DNA of 64,000 nucleotides from the human T2T-CHM13v2.0 reference genome, Homo sapiens: assembly GCF_009914755.1 (NCBI RefSeq), contig NC_060939.1, one strand, 5' to 3'. The first letter of the stretch is position 1. The number at the start of each line of letters is the position of its first letter. This document shows, piece after piece, positions 1 through 17,000 of the stretch. Under the pieces are notes generated by a model. That model was not told the origin of the DNA. It made no database searches and saw only the letters and a list, made by a program, of their open reading frames with translations. Both the position numbers and the translations under genes were made by a program.

Positions 1-278
1 ATCGTGCCGTGGCGATGCGGCCTGGATGACGGAGCGAGACCCCGTCTCGAGAGAATCATGATGTTATTATAAGATGAGTTGTGCGCGGTGATGGCCGCCT
101 GTAGTCGCGGCTACTCGGGAGGCTGAGACGAGGAGAAGATCACTTGAGGCCCCACAGGTCGAGGCTTCGGTCGGCCGTGACCCACTGTATCCTGGGCAGT
201 CACCGGTCAAGGAGATATGCCCCTTCCCCGTTTGCTTTTCTTTTCTTCCCTTCTCTTTTCTTCTTTTTGCTTCTCTTT

Positions 279-310
<32 letters not shown>

Positions 311-683
311 TTTCTTTTTCTCTCTTCCCCTCTTTCTTTCCTGCCTTCCTGCCTTTCTTCTTTTCTTCTTTCCTCCCTTCCTCCCTTCCTTCTTTCCTCC
401 CGCCTCAGCCTCCCAAAGTGCTGGGATGACTGGCGGGAGGCACCATGCCTGCTTGGCCCAAAGAGACCCTCTTGGAAAGTGAGACGCAGAGAGCGCCTTC
501 CAGTGATCTCATTGACTGATTTAGAGACGGCATCTCGCTCCGTCACCCCGGCAGTGGTGCCGTCGTAACTCACTCCCTGCAGCGTGGACGCTCCTGGACT
601 CGAGCGATCCTTCCACCTCAGCCTCCAGAGTACAGAGCCTGGGACCGCGGGCACGCGCCACTGTGCCCACACCGTTTTTAATT

Positions 684-980
684 GTTTTTTTTTCCCCCGA
701 GACAGAGTTTCACTCTCGTGGCCTAGACTGCAGTGCGGTGGCGCGATCTTGGCTCACCGCAACCTCTGCCTCCCGGTTTCAAGCGATTCTCCTGCATCGG
801 CCTCCTGAGTAGCCGGGATTGCGGGCATGCGCTGCCACGTCTGGCTGATTTCGTATTTTTAGTGGAGACGGGGCTTCTCCATGTCGATCGGGCTGGTTTC
901 GAACTCCCGACCTCAGGTGATCCGCCCTCCCCGGCCTCCGGAAGTGCTGGGATGACAGGCGTGAGCCACCGCGCCCGGCC
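684..980 (-). mobile_element. Alu (flanked by Alu fragments at about 75-210 +, 400-455 -, 520-670 -, 1000-1087 -)
   Basis: T-tail, GAGACAGAGTTTCACTC...CTCCCGACCTCAGGTGATCCGCCC...GTGAGCCACCGCGCCCGGCC. Confidence 0.9.
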
Positions 981-1128
981 TTCATTTTTAAATGTTTTCC
1001 CACAGACGGGGTCTCATCATTTCTTTGCAACCCTCCTGCCCGGCGTCTCAAAGTGCTGGCGTGACGGGCGTGAGCCACTGCGCCTGGACTCCGGGGAATG
1101 ACTCACGACCACCATCGCTCTACTGATC

Positions 1129-1187
<59 letters not shown>

Positions 1188-1735
1188 GATGAATTATCTT
1201 ATGATTTATTTGTGTACTTATTTTCAGACGGAGTCTCGCTCTGGGCGGGGCGAGGCGAGGCGAGGCACAGCGCATCGCTTTGGAAGCCGCGGCAACGCCT
1301 TTCAAAGCCCCATTCGTATGCACAGAGCCTTATTCCCTTCCTGGAGTTGGAGCTGATGCCTTCCGTAGCCTTGGGCTTCTCTCCATTCGGAAGCTTTGAC
1401 AGGCGCAACCCCACCCAGAGGCTGGCTGCGGCTGAGGATTAGGGGGTGTGTTGGGGCTGAAAACTGGGTCCCCTATTTTTGATACCTCAGCCGACACATC
1501 CCCCGACCGCCATCGCTTGCTCGCCCTCTGAGATCCCCCGCCTCCACCGCCTTGCAGGCTCACCTCTTACTTTCATTTCTTCCTTTCTTGCGTTTGAGGA
1601 GGGGGTGCGGGAATGAGGGTGTGTGTGGGGAGGGGGTGCGGGGTGGGGACGGAGGGGAGCGTCCTAAGGGTCGATTTAGTGTCATGCCTCTTTCACCACC
1701 ACCACCACCACCGAAGATGACAGCAAGGATCGGCT

Positions 1736-2003
1736 AAATACCGCGTGTTCTCATCTAGAAGTGGGAACTTACAGATGACAGTTCTTGCATGGGCAGAACG
1801 AGGGGGACCGGGGACGCGGAAGCCTGCTTGAGGGAGGAGGGGTGGAAGGAGAGACAGCTTCAGGAAGAAAACAAAACACGAATACTGTCGGACACAGCAC
1901 TGACTACCCGGGTGATGAAATCATCTGCACACTGAACACCCCCGTCACAAGTTTACCTATGTCACAATCTTGCACATGTATGCTTGAACGACAAATAAAA
2001 GTT
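1736..2003 (+). mobile_element. Old LINE-1 3' end fragment with (GA)n tail (copies at 5182-5449, 44263-44530, 47709-47976)
   Basis: AAATACCGCGTGTTCTCA...AAGTGGGA and GGGTGATGAAATCATCTG...CACAAGTTTACCTATGT...AAATAAAAGTT resemble the 3' UTR of older primate L1s; subfamily not assigned. Confidence 0.7.
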
Positions 2004-2169
2004 AGGGGGGAGAAGAGAGGAGAGAGAGAGAGAGAGAGAGACAGAGAGAGACAGAGAGAGAGAGAGAGGAGGGAGAGAGAAAACGAAACACCACCTCCTT
2101 GACCTGAGTCAGGGGGTTTCTGGCCTTTTGGGAGAACGTTCAGCGACAATGCAGTATTTGGGCCCGTTC

Positions 2170-2479
2170 TTTTTTTTTCTTCTTCTTTTCTTTCTTTTTT
2201 TTTGGACTGAGTCTCTCTCGCTCTGTCACCCAGGCTGCGGTGCGGTGGCGCTCTCTCGGCTCACTGAAACCTCTGCTTCCCGGGTTCCAGTGATTCTTCT
2301 TCGGTAGCTGGGATTACAGGCGCACACCATGACGGCCGGCTCATATTCCTATTTTCAGTAGAGACGGGGTTTCTCCACGTTGGCCACGCTGGTCTCGAAC
2401 TCCTGACCTCAAATGATCCGCCTTCCTGGGCCTCCCAAAGTGCTGGAAACGACAGGCCTGAGCCGCCGGGATTTCAGCC
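2170..2479 (-). mobile_element. Alu in long repeat 1 (paralog at about 5650-5960)
   Basis: CTCTGTCACCCAGGCTG...GGATTACAGG...CCTCCCAAAGTGCTGG. Confidence 0.88.
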
Positions 2480-2752
2480 TTTAAAAGCGCGGGCCCTGCC
2501 ACCTTTCGCTGTGGCCCTTACGCTCAGAATGACGTGTCCTCTCTGCCGTAGGTTGACTCCTTGAGTCCCCTAGGCCATTGCACTGTAGCCTGGGCAGCAA
2601 GAGCCAAACTCCGTCCCCCCACCTCCCCGCGCACATAATAACTAACTAACAAACTAACTAACTAACTAAACTAACTAAATAAATAAAATCTCTACACGTC
2701 ACCTCTAAGTGTGTGTTCCCGTGAGGAGTGATTTCTAAGAAATGGCACTGTA

Positions 2753-3159
<407 letters not shown>

Positions 3160-3167
3160 CTAGGGCC

Positions 3168-3523
3168 TTCTCTCTGTCTGTTTCTCTCTGTTCGTCTCTG
3201 TCTTTCTCTCTGTGTCTCTTTCTCTGTCTGTCTGTCTCTTTCTTTCTCTCTGTCTCTGTCTCTGTCTTTGTCTCTCTCTCTCCCTCTCTGCCTGTCTCAC
3301 TGTGTCTGTCTTCTGTCTTACTCTCTTTCTCTCCCCGTCTGTCTCTCTCTCTCTCTCTCCCTCCCTGTTTGTTTCTCTCTCTCCCTCCCTGTCTGTTTCT
3401 CTCTCTCTCTTTCTGTCTGTTTCTGTCTCTCTCTGTCTGTCTATGTCTTTCTCTGTCTGTCTCTTTCTCTGTCTGTCTGCCTCTCTCTTTCTTTTTCTGT
3501 GTCTCTCTGTCGGTCTCTCTCTC

Positions 3524-3558
<35 letters not shown>

Positions 3559-3750
3559 GTGCCTATCTTCTGTCTTACTCTCTTTCTCTGCCTGTCTGTC
3601 TGTCTCTCCCTCCGTTTCTGTTTCTCTCTCTCTCTCTCTCTCTCTCCCCCTCTCCCTGTCTGTTTCTCTCCGTCTCTCTCTCTTTCTGTCTGTTTCTCAC
3701 TGTCTCTCTCTGTCCATCTCTCTCTCTCTCTGTCTGTCTCTTTCGTTCTC

Positions 3751-3811
<61 letters not shown>

Positions 3812-3853
3812 CTCTCTGTGTGTATCTTCTGTCTTACTCTCCTTCTCTGCCTG

Positions 3854-3887
<34 letters not shown>

Positions 3888-4335
3888 CCTTTCTGTCTCT
3901 CTCTCTCTCTGTCCCTCTCTCTTTCTGTCTGTTCCTCTCTCTCTCTCTGTCTCTGTCTTTCTCTGTCTGTCTGCCTCTCTCTTTCTTTCTCTTTCTGTGT
4001 CTCTCTGTCTCTCTCACTGTGTGTGTGTCTCTGTCTCTGCCTCTCTCTCTCTCTCTCTCTCTGTCTGTCTCTCTCACTGTGTGTGTCTGTCTTCTGTCTT
4101 ACTCTCCTTCTCTGCCTGTCCGTCTGTCTGTCTGTCTCTCCCTCTCTCTCCCTCCCTTTCTGTTTCTCTCTCTCTCTCTCTCTCTTTCTGTCTGTTTCTC
4201 TCTTTCTCTCTCTGTCTGTCTCTTTCTCTGTCTGTCTGTCTCTCTCTTTCTTTTTCTCTGTCTCTCTGTCTCTCTCTGTGCCTGTCTCTCTGTCTGTGCC
4301 TATCTTCTGTCTTACTCTCTTTCTCTGGCTGACTG

Positions 4336-4376
<41 letters not shown>

Positions 4377-4477
4377 GTCTCCGTCCCTCCCTCCCTGTCT
4401 GTCTGTTTCTCTCTCTGTCCATTTCTGTCTGTCTCTTTCTCTTTCTCTCTCTTTCTTTCTCTCTGTCTCTCTCTGTC

Positions 4478-4536
<59 letters not shown>

Positions 4537-4744
4537 CTCTCTCACTGTGTCGGTCTTCTGTCTTACTCTCTTTCTCTGCCTGCCTCTCTGTCTGTCTGTC
4601 TGTCTCTCTCCCTCCATGTCTCTCTCTCTCTCTCTCTCACTCACTGTCTCTCCGTCTCTCTCTCTTTCTGTCTGTTTCTCTCTGTCTCTGTCTTTCTGTG
4701 TGTCTGTCTGTCTCTCTCTCTATTTGTCTTTCTCCCTCCCTGTC

Positions 4745-4785
<41 letters not shown>

Positions 4786-4857
4786 GTCTGTTTCTCTCTA
4801 TCTCTCGCTGTCCATCTCTGTCTTTCTATGTCTGTCTCTTTCTCTGTCAGTCTGTCA
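3168..4857 (+). repeat. CT/CTGT-rich pyrimidine block 1 (copy at 45695-47384)
   Basis: (CT)n, (CTGT)n and (CTTT)n mosaic with almost no A on the + strand. Confidence 0.95.
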
Positions 4858-5110
4858 GACACCCCCGTGCCGGGTAGGGCCCTGCCCCTTCCACGAAAGT
4901 GAGAAGCGCGTGCTTCGGTGCTTAGAGAGGCCGAGAGGAATCTAGACAGGCGGGCCTTGCTGGGCTTCCCCACTCGGTGTACGATTTCGGGAGGTCGAGG
5001 CCGGGTCCCCGCTTGGATGCGAGGGGCATTTTCAGACTTTTCTCTCGGTCACGTGTGGCGTCCGTACTTCTCCTATTTCCCCGATAAGCTCCTCGACTTC
5101 AACATAAACG

Positions 5111-9660
<4,550 letters not shown>

Positions 9661-9666
9661 TGTGAA

Positions 9667-9875
9667 GGCCGGACGCAACACGGCGAAACCCCGTCTCTAC
9701 TAAAAATACAAAGCTGAGTCGGGAGCGGTGGGGCAGGCCCCTGTAATGCCAGCTCCTCGGGAGGCTGAGGCGGGAGAATCGCTTGAACCAGGGAAGCGGA
9801 GGCTGCAGGGAGCCGAGATCGCGCCACTGCACTACGGCCCAGGCTGTAGAGTGAGTGAGACTCGGTCTCTAAATA
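9667..9875 (+). mobile_element. 5'-truncated Alu
   Basis: GAAACCCCGTCTCTACTAAAAATACAAA...GAGAATCGCTTGAACC...GCGCCACTGCACT. Confidence 0.85.
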
Positions 9876-11061
9876 AATACGGAAATTAATTAATTCATTA
9901 ATTCTTTTCCCTGCTGACGGACATTTGCAGGCAGGCATCGGTTGTCTTCGGGCATCACCTAGCGGCCACTGTTATTGAAAGTCGACGTGACACGGAGGGA
10001 GGTCTCGCCGACTTCACCGAGCCTGGGGCAACGGGTTTCTCTCTCTCCCTTCTGGAGGCCCCTCCCTCTCTCCCTCGTTGCCTAGGGAACCTCGCCTAGG
10101 GAACCTCCGCCCTGGCGGGGGCCCTATTGTTCTTTGATCGGCGCTTTACTTTTCTTTGTGTTTTGGCGCCTAGACTCTTCTACTTGGGCTTTGGGAAGGG
10201 TCAGTTTAATTTTCAAGTTGCCCCCCGGCTCCCCCCACTACCCACGTCCCTTCACCTTAATTTAGTGAGTCGGTTAGGTGGGTTTCCCCCAAACCGCCCC
10301 CCCCCCCCCGCCTCCCAACACCCTGCTTGGAAACCTTCCAGAGCCACCCCGGTGTGCCTCCGTCTTCTCTCCCCTTCCCCCACCCCTTGCCGGCGATCTC
10401 ATTCTTGCCAGGCTGACATTTGCATCGGTGGGCGTCAGGCCTCACTCGGGGGCCACCGTTTTTGAAGATGGGGGCGGCACGGTCCCACTTCCCCGGAGGC
10501 AGCTTGGGCCGATGGCATAGCCCCTTGACCCGCGTGGGCAAGCGGGCGGGTCTGCAGTTGTGAGGCTTTTCCCCCCGCTGCTTCCCGCCTCAGGCCTCCC
10601 TCCCTAGGAAAGCTTCACCCTGGCTGGGTCTCGGTCACCTTTTATCACGATGTTTTAGTTTCTCCGCCCTCCGGCCAGCAGAGTTTCACAATGCGAAGGG
10701 CGCCACGGCTCTAGTCTGGGCCTTCTCAGTACTTGCCCAAAATAGAAACGCTTTCTGAAAACTAATAACTTTGCTCACTTAAGATTTCCAGGGACGGCGC
10801 CTTGGCCCGTGTTTGTTGGCTTGTTTTGTTTCGTTCTGTTTTGTTTTGTTCGTGTTTTTCCTTTCTCGTATGTCTTTCTTTTCAGGTGAAGTAGAAATCC
10901 CCAGTTTTCAGGAAGACGTCTATTTTCCCCAAGACACGTTAGCTGCCGTTTTTTCCTGTTGTGAACTAGCGCTTTTGTGACTCTCTCAACGTGCAGTGAG
11001 AGCCGGTTGATGTTTACTATCCTTCATCATGACATCTTATTTTCTAGAAATCCGTAGGCGA

Positions 11062-11150
11062 ATGCTGCTGCTGCTCTTGTTGCTGTTGTTGTTGTTGTTG
11101 TTGTCGTCGTTGCTGTTGTCGTTGTCGTTGTTGTTGTCGTTGTCGTTGTT
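11062..11150 (+). repeat. (GCT)/(GTT)/(GTC)n trinucleotide microsatellite
   Basis: Read directly. Confidence 0.9.
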
Positions 11151-11227
11151 TTCAAAGTATACCCCGGCCACCGTTTATGGGATCAAAAGCATTATAAAAT
11201 ATGTGTGATTATTTCTTGAGCACGCCC

Positions 11228-11823
11228 TTCCTCCCCCTCTCTCTGTCTCTCTGTCTGTCTCTGTCTCTCTCTTTCTCTGTCTGTCTTCTCTCTCTCTCTC
11301 TCTCTGTGTCTCTCTCTCTCTGCCTGTCTGTTTCTCTCTCTCTGCCTCTCTCTCTCTCTCTCTCTCTGCCTGTCTCTCTCACTGTGTCTGTCTTCTGTCT
11401 TACTCCCTTTCTCTGTCTGTCTGTCGGTCTCTCTCTCTCTCTCTCCCTGTCTGTATGTTTCTCTCTGTCTCTGTCTCTCTCTCTCTTTCTGTTTCTCTCT
11501 CTCCGTCTCTGTCTTTCTCTGACTGTCTCTCTCTTTCCTTCTCTCTGTCTCTCTCTGCCTGTCTCTCTCACTCTGTCTTCTGTCTTACTCTCTCTCTCTG
11601 CCTGCCTGTCTCTCTCACTCTCTCTCTCTGTGTGTCTCTCTCTCTCTTTCTGTTTCTCTCTGTCTCTCTGTCCGTCTCTGTCTTTCTCTGTCTGTCTCTT
11701 TGTCTGTCTGTCTTTGTCTTTCCTTCTCTCTGTCTCTGTCTCTCTCACTGTGTCTGTCTTCTGTCTTAGTCTCTCTCTCTCTCTCTCCCTGTCTGTCTGT
11801 CTCTCTCTCTCTCTCCCCCTGTC

Positions 11824-11868
<45 letters not shown>

Positions 11869-12141
11869 TTGTCTTTCTTTCTGTCTCTGTCTCTCTCTCT
11901 CTCTCTGTGTGTCTGTCTTCTGTCTTACTGTCTTTCTCTGCCTGTCTGTCTGTCTGTCTCTCTCTGTCTGTCTCTCTCTCTCTCTCCCCCCTGTCGGCTG
12001 TTTCTCTGTCTCTGTCTGTGTCTCTCTTTCTGTCTGTTTCTCTCTGTCTGTCTTTCTCTCTCTGTCTCTTTCTCTCTGTCTCTCTGTCTGTCTCTGTCTC
12101 TCTCTCTGTCTCTCTCTCTCTGTGGGGGGGTGTGTGTGTGT

Positions 12142-12178
<37 letters not shown>

Positions 12179-12429
12179 TGCCTTCTGTCTTACTCTCTTT
12201 CTCTGCCTGTCTGTCTGCCTGTCTGTTTGTCTCTCTCTCTCTGCCTGTCTCTCTCCCTTCCTGTCTGTTTCTCTCTCTTTCTGTTTCTCTCTGTCTCTGT
12301 CCATCTCTGTCTTTCTCCGTCTGTCTCTTTATCTGTCTCTCTCCGTCTGTCTCTTTATCTGTCTCTCTCTCTCTTTCTGTCTTTCTCTCTCTGTGTATCG
12401 TTGTCTCTCTCTGTCTGTCTCTGTCTCTG

Positions 12430-12462
<33 letters not shown>

Positions 12463-12517
12463 GTCTGTCTGTCCGTCTGTCTGTCTCGGTCTCTGGCTCT
12501 CGCTATCTCCCGCCCTC
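11228..12517 (+). repeat. CT/CTGT-rich pyrimidine block 3 with internal (GT)n (copy at 53755-55044)
   Basis: Same composition; (GT)n at about 12130-12177. These IGS blocks are the type of template recalled for (UC)n-rich nucleolar ncRNAs, but transcription cannot be seen from sequence. Confidence 0.93.
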
Positions 12518-13805
12518 TCTTTTTTTGCAAAAGAAGCTCAAGTACATCTAATCTAATCCCTTACCAAGGCCTGAATTCTTCACTTCTGACATCCCAGATT
12601 TGATCTCCCTACAGAATGCTGTACAGAACTGGCGAGTTGATTTCTGGACTTGGATACCTCATAGAAACTACATATGAATAAAGATCCAATCCTAAAATCT
12701 GGGGTGGCTTCTCCCTCGACTGTCTCGAAAAATCGTACCTCTGTTCCCCTAGGATGCCGGAAGAGTTTTCTCAATGTGCATCTGCCCGTGTCCTAAGTGA
12801 TCTGTGACCGAGCCCTGTCCGTCCTGTCTCAAATATGTACGTGCAAACACTTCTCTCCATTTCCACAACTACCCACGGCCCCTTGTGGAACCACTGGCTC
12901 TTTGAAAAAAATCCCAGAAGTGGTTTTGGCTTTTTGGCTAGGAGGCCTAAGCCTGCTGAGAACTTTCCTGCCCAGGATCCTGTGTGACCAAAAGTGCCTC
13001 TGCTGGGAGCTGGGATCCTCGGGACCATGCTTGCTAGCGCTGGATGAGTCTCTGGAAGGACGCACGGGACTCCGCAAAGCTGACCTGTCCCACCGAGGTC
13101 AAATGGATACCTCTGCATTGGCCCGAGGCCTCCGAAGTACATCACCGTCACCAACCGTCACCGTCAGCATCCTTGTGAGCCTGCCCAAGGCCCCGCCTCC
13201 GGGGAGACTCTTGGGAGCCCGGCCTTCGTCGGCTAAAGTCCAAAGGGATGGTGACTTCCACCCACAAGGTCCCCACTGAACGGCGAAGATGTGGAGCGTA
13301 GGTCAGAGAGGGGACCAGGAGGGGAGACGTCCCGACAGGCGACGAGTTCCCAAGGCTCTGGCCACCCCACCCACGCCCCACGCCCCACGTCCCGGGCACC
13401 CGCGGGACACCGCCGCTTTATCCCCTCCTCTGTCCACAGCCGGCCCCACCCCACCACGCAACCCACGCACACACGCTGGAGGTTCCAAAACCACACGGTG
13501 TGACTAGAGCCTGACGGAGCGAGAGCCCATTTCACGAGGTGGGAGGGGTGGGGGTGGGGTGGGTTGGGGGTTGTGGGGTCTGTGGCGAGCCCGATTCTCC
13601 CTCTTGGGTGGCTACAGGCTAGAAATGAATATCGCTTCTTGGGCGGAGGGGCTTCCTTAGGCCATCACCGCTTGCGGGACTACCTCTCAAACCCTCCCTT
13701 GAGGCCACAAAATAGATTCCACCCCACCCATCGACGTTTCCCCCGGGTGCTGGATGTATCCTGTCAAGAGACCTGAGCCTGACACCGTCGAATTAAACAC
13801 CTTGA

Positions 13806-14039
<234 letters not shown>

Positions 14040-14084
14040 TAGATTCGAGCCACACCTCATTCCGTGCCACAGAGAGACTTCTTT

Positions 14085-17000
14085 TTTTTTTTTTTTTTAA
14101 GCGCAACGCAACATGTCTGCCTTATTTGAGTGGCTTCCTATATCATTATAATTGTGTTATAGATGAAGAAACGGTATTAAACACTGTGCTAATGATAGTG
14201 AAAGTGAAGACAAAAGAAAGGCTATCTATTTTGTGGTTAGAATAAAGTTGCTCAGTATTTAGAGCTACCTAAATACGTCAGCATTTACACTCTTCCTAGT
14301 AAAAGCTGGCCAATCTGAATAATCCTCCTTTAAACAAACACAATTTTTGATAGGGTTAAGATTTTTTTAAGAATGCGACTCCTGCAAAATAGCTGAACAG
14401 ACGATACACATTTAAAAAAATAACAACACAAGGATCAACCAGACTTGGGAAAAAATCGAAAACCACACAAGTCTTATGAAGAACTGAGTTCTTAAAATAG
14501 GACGGAGAACGTAGCTATCGGAAGAGAAGGCAGTATTGGCAAGTTGATTGTTACGTTGGTCAGCAGTAGCTGGCACTATCTTTTTGGCCATCTTTCGGGC
14601 AATGTAACTACTACAGCAAAATGAGATATGATCCATGAAACAACATATTCGCAAATCAAAAAGTGTTTCAGTAATATAATGCTTCAGATTTAGAAGCAAA
14701 TCAAATGATAGAACTCCACTGCTGTAATAAGTCACCCCAAAGATCACCGTATCTGACAAAATAACTACCACAGGGTTATGACTTCAGAATCATACTTTCT
14801 CTTGATATTTACTTATGTATGTATTTATTTTTTTTAATTTATTTCTCTTGAGACGGCGTCTCGCTCTGTCGCCCAGGCTGGAGTGCGATGGTGTGATCTC
14901 GGCTCACTGCAACCGCCACCTCCCTGGGTTCAAGCGATTCTCCTGCCTCAGCCTCCCGAGTAGCTGGGACTACAGGTGCCCGCCACCACGCCCAGCTAAT
15001 CTTTATACTTTTAATAGAGACGGGGTTTCACCGTGTCGGCCCGGATGGTCTCGATCTCTTGACCTCGTGACCCGCCCGCCTCGGCCTCCCAAAGTGCTGG
15101 GATGACAGGCGTGAGCCACTGAGCCCGGCCTTCTCTTGACGTTTAAACTATGAAGTCAGTCCAGAGAAACGCAATAAATGTCAACGGTGAGGATGGTGTT
15201 GAGGCAGAAGTAGGACCACACTTTTTCCTATCTTATTCAGTTGATAACAATATGACCTAGGTAGTAATTTCCTATGTGCCTACTTATACACGAGTACAAA
15301 AGAGTAAAACAGAGAGACTGCTAAATTAAAGGGTACGTGAAGTTCTTCATAGTAACTCCGTAAACTGGAACACTGTCAAAAAGCAGCAGCTAGTGAATTG
15401 TTTCCATGTATTTTTCTATGATCCAATAAGTGAACTATGCTATTCCTTTCCAGTCTCCCAAGCACTTCTTGTCCCCATCACCACTTCGGTGCTCGAAGAA
15501 AAAGTAACAAATCAAGGAACACAACTAAAGAAACACACACACAAACCAAAGACAACTACAGCGTCTGCAAAAGTTTGCTAGAAGACTGAAACTGTTGAGT
15601 ATAAGGATCTGGTATTCTACGATGATCATGAGTTCACTTCAGAGTTTGTTCAAGACATACGTTTCGTAAGGAAACATCTTAGTTAGAAGTTATTCAGCAG
15701 TAGGTACCATCCCTAAGTATTTTTCACCAAATTCGTGACAATAAAGAGCTATCTAACCAGAAAAATTAGCGAGTACCGGCACCATCCATAGGGCTTTGTC
15801 TTTACGCTTCATTAGCACTTACCATGCCTTACAATGTCTAGGATTGACCCTGATAGCATTTCGAAAACAAGCTAATGCTTTGTCCAGTTCTTCAGTGAAG
15901 ACAAGCTCACGCCCTAATGCGCTATAGGCATAAGCATCATTTGGATCCACTTCGAGAGTTCTCTGGAAGAATTGAATCGCAATATCGTGTTCCCGTTGCA
16001 GACCGAAACAGTTCCCTGCAGCACACCAGGCCTCTGGCTGGCGAATTTTTATCCATGTCTGTGAAGTCTTTGGACAGAACTGAAAGAGCAACCTCTTTCG
16101 GAGGATGCCAAAGTGTTGTAGAGTAGATCTCCATGCCTTCGACTCTGTAATTCTCAATCCTCCTAACCTCTGAGAATTGTCTTTCAGCTTGCGTGGACTC
16201 TGAAAGTTTACAATAGGCCCTTCCGATTTGGCACAGTACCCAACCGGTATTGCAGTGGTGAGAAGCTAGATGGCTCAAGATGCTGATAGCTTCTTTGCCG
16301 TGGTAAGAACACAAAGCTAAATAACCTTTCCCCCTTTCACGAAGAAGGCTCATCAAGCCTTCCGCTGCTGCTTTTTGTAGATTAAAAGCCTGAATCTGAG
16401 GCGCGATTGCGGCTATTTTCCCTTCTGAAATGACGGAAGAGTCCAATTTTGTCACTTCCAGGCTATCACTTATGTTCGGTGGAGTTATTGCTCCTTTATT
16501 AGTTTTACTTTTGGTTCTTCTGTTTGGGATTTTAGGTGGAAACTTCATTTTTAATTTTCTCCTATTCTCCTCGGTTGTGGAGCTGTCACTAGTCAAGAGT
16601 CGTGAATTTCTTCGAGGCGGTGCATTTGGGGGAGATGCCATAGTGGGGCTCAATACCTGAGGTGTTGCCCTTGTCGGCGGACCAGAACTTTGTGTTTTTG
16701 CAAGGACTGGAGTTACCTTTCGGCTCTTTCCCCTCTGCGAGAAGACAGACGGTGTTCCGGTTTGGCCGATTCTGGCAACAGGCTTTTCTGAAGGGGCTCC
16801 GGTGGATGGCACGTCAATGACAGACGGTGTCTCATACCAGTGCAGTTTTGTCAATAGGGTCCGTCTCCGGGACTTGGGGTTTCTAATGGCAAAATGCCAA
16901 CACTTGGGGTTAATGGACTAACAGCTGCTGGTCCTCCTAATAAACTTCGACCAGTTTTTGGTTTATGTTGAACCTGTTTAGATCATATGGAAGTTCCTGT

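Noticed and set aside
733-1101. Alu-derived ORFs here and throughout the IGS
   Set aside because: Typical Alu translations (for example [19 protein letters not shown]), not genes.
12520-13500. Unique-looking IGS segment with 60-160 aa ORFs
   Set aside because: No protein or repeat family I can recognise; a Dfam or BLAST search is needed before any call.
13659-13680. GGCCATCACCGCTTGCGG as a fourth copy of the IGS module
   Set aside because: Only a short partial match to block 1; blocks 2 and 3 were not found at the expected spacing.
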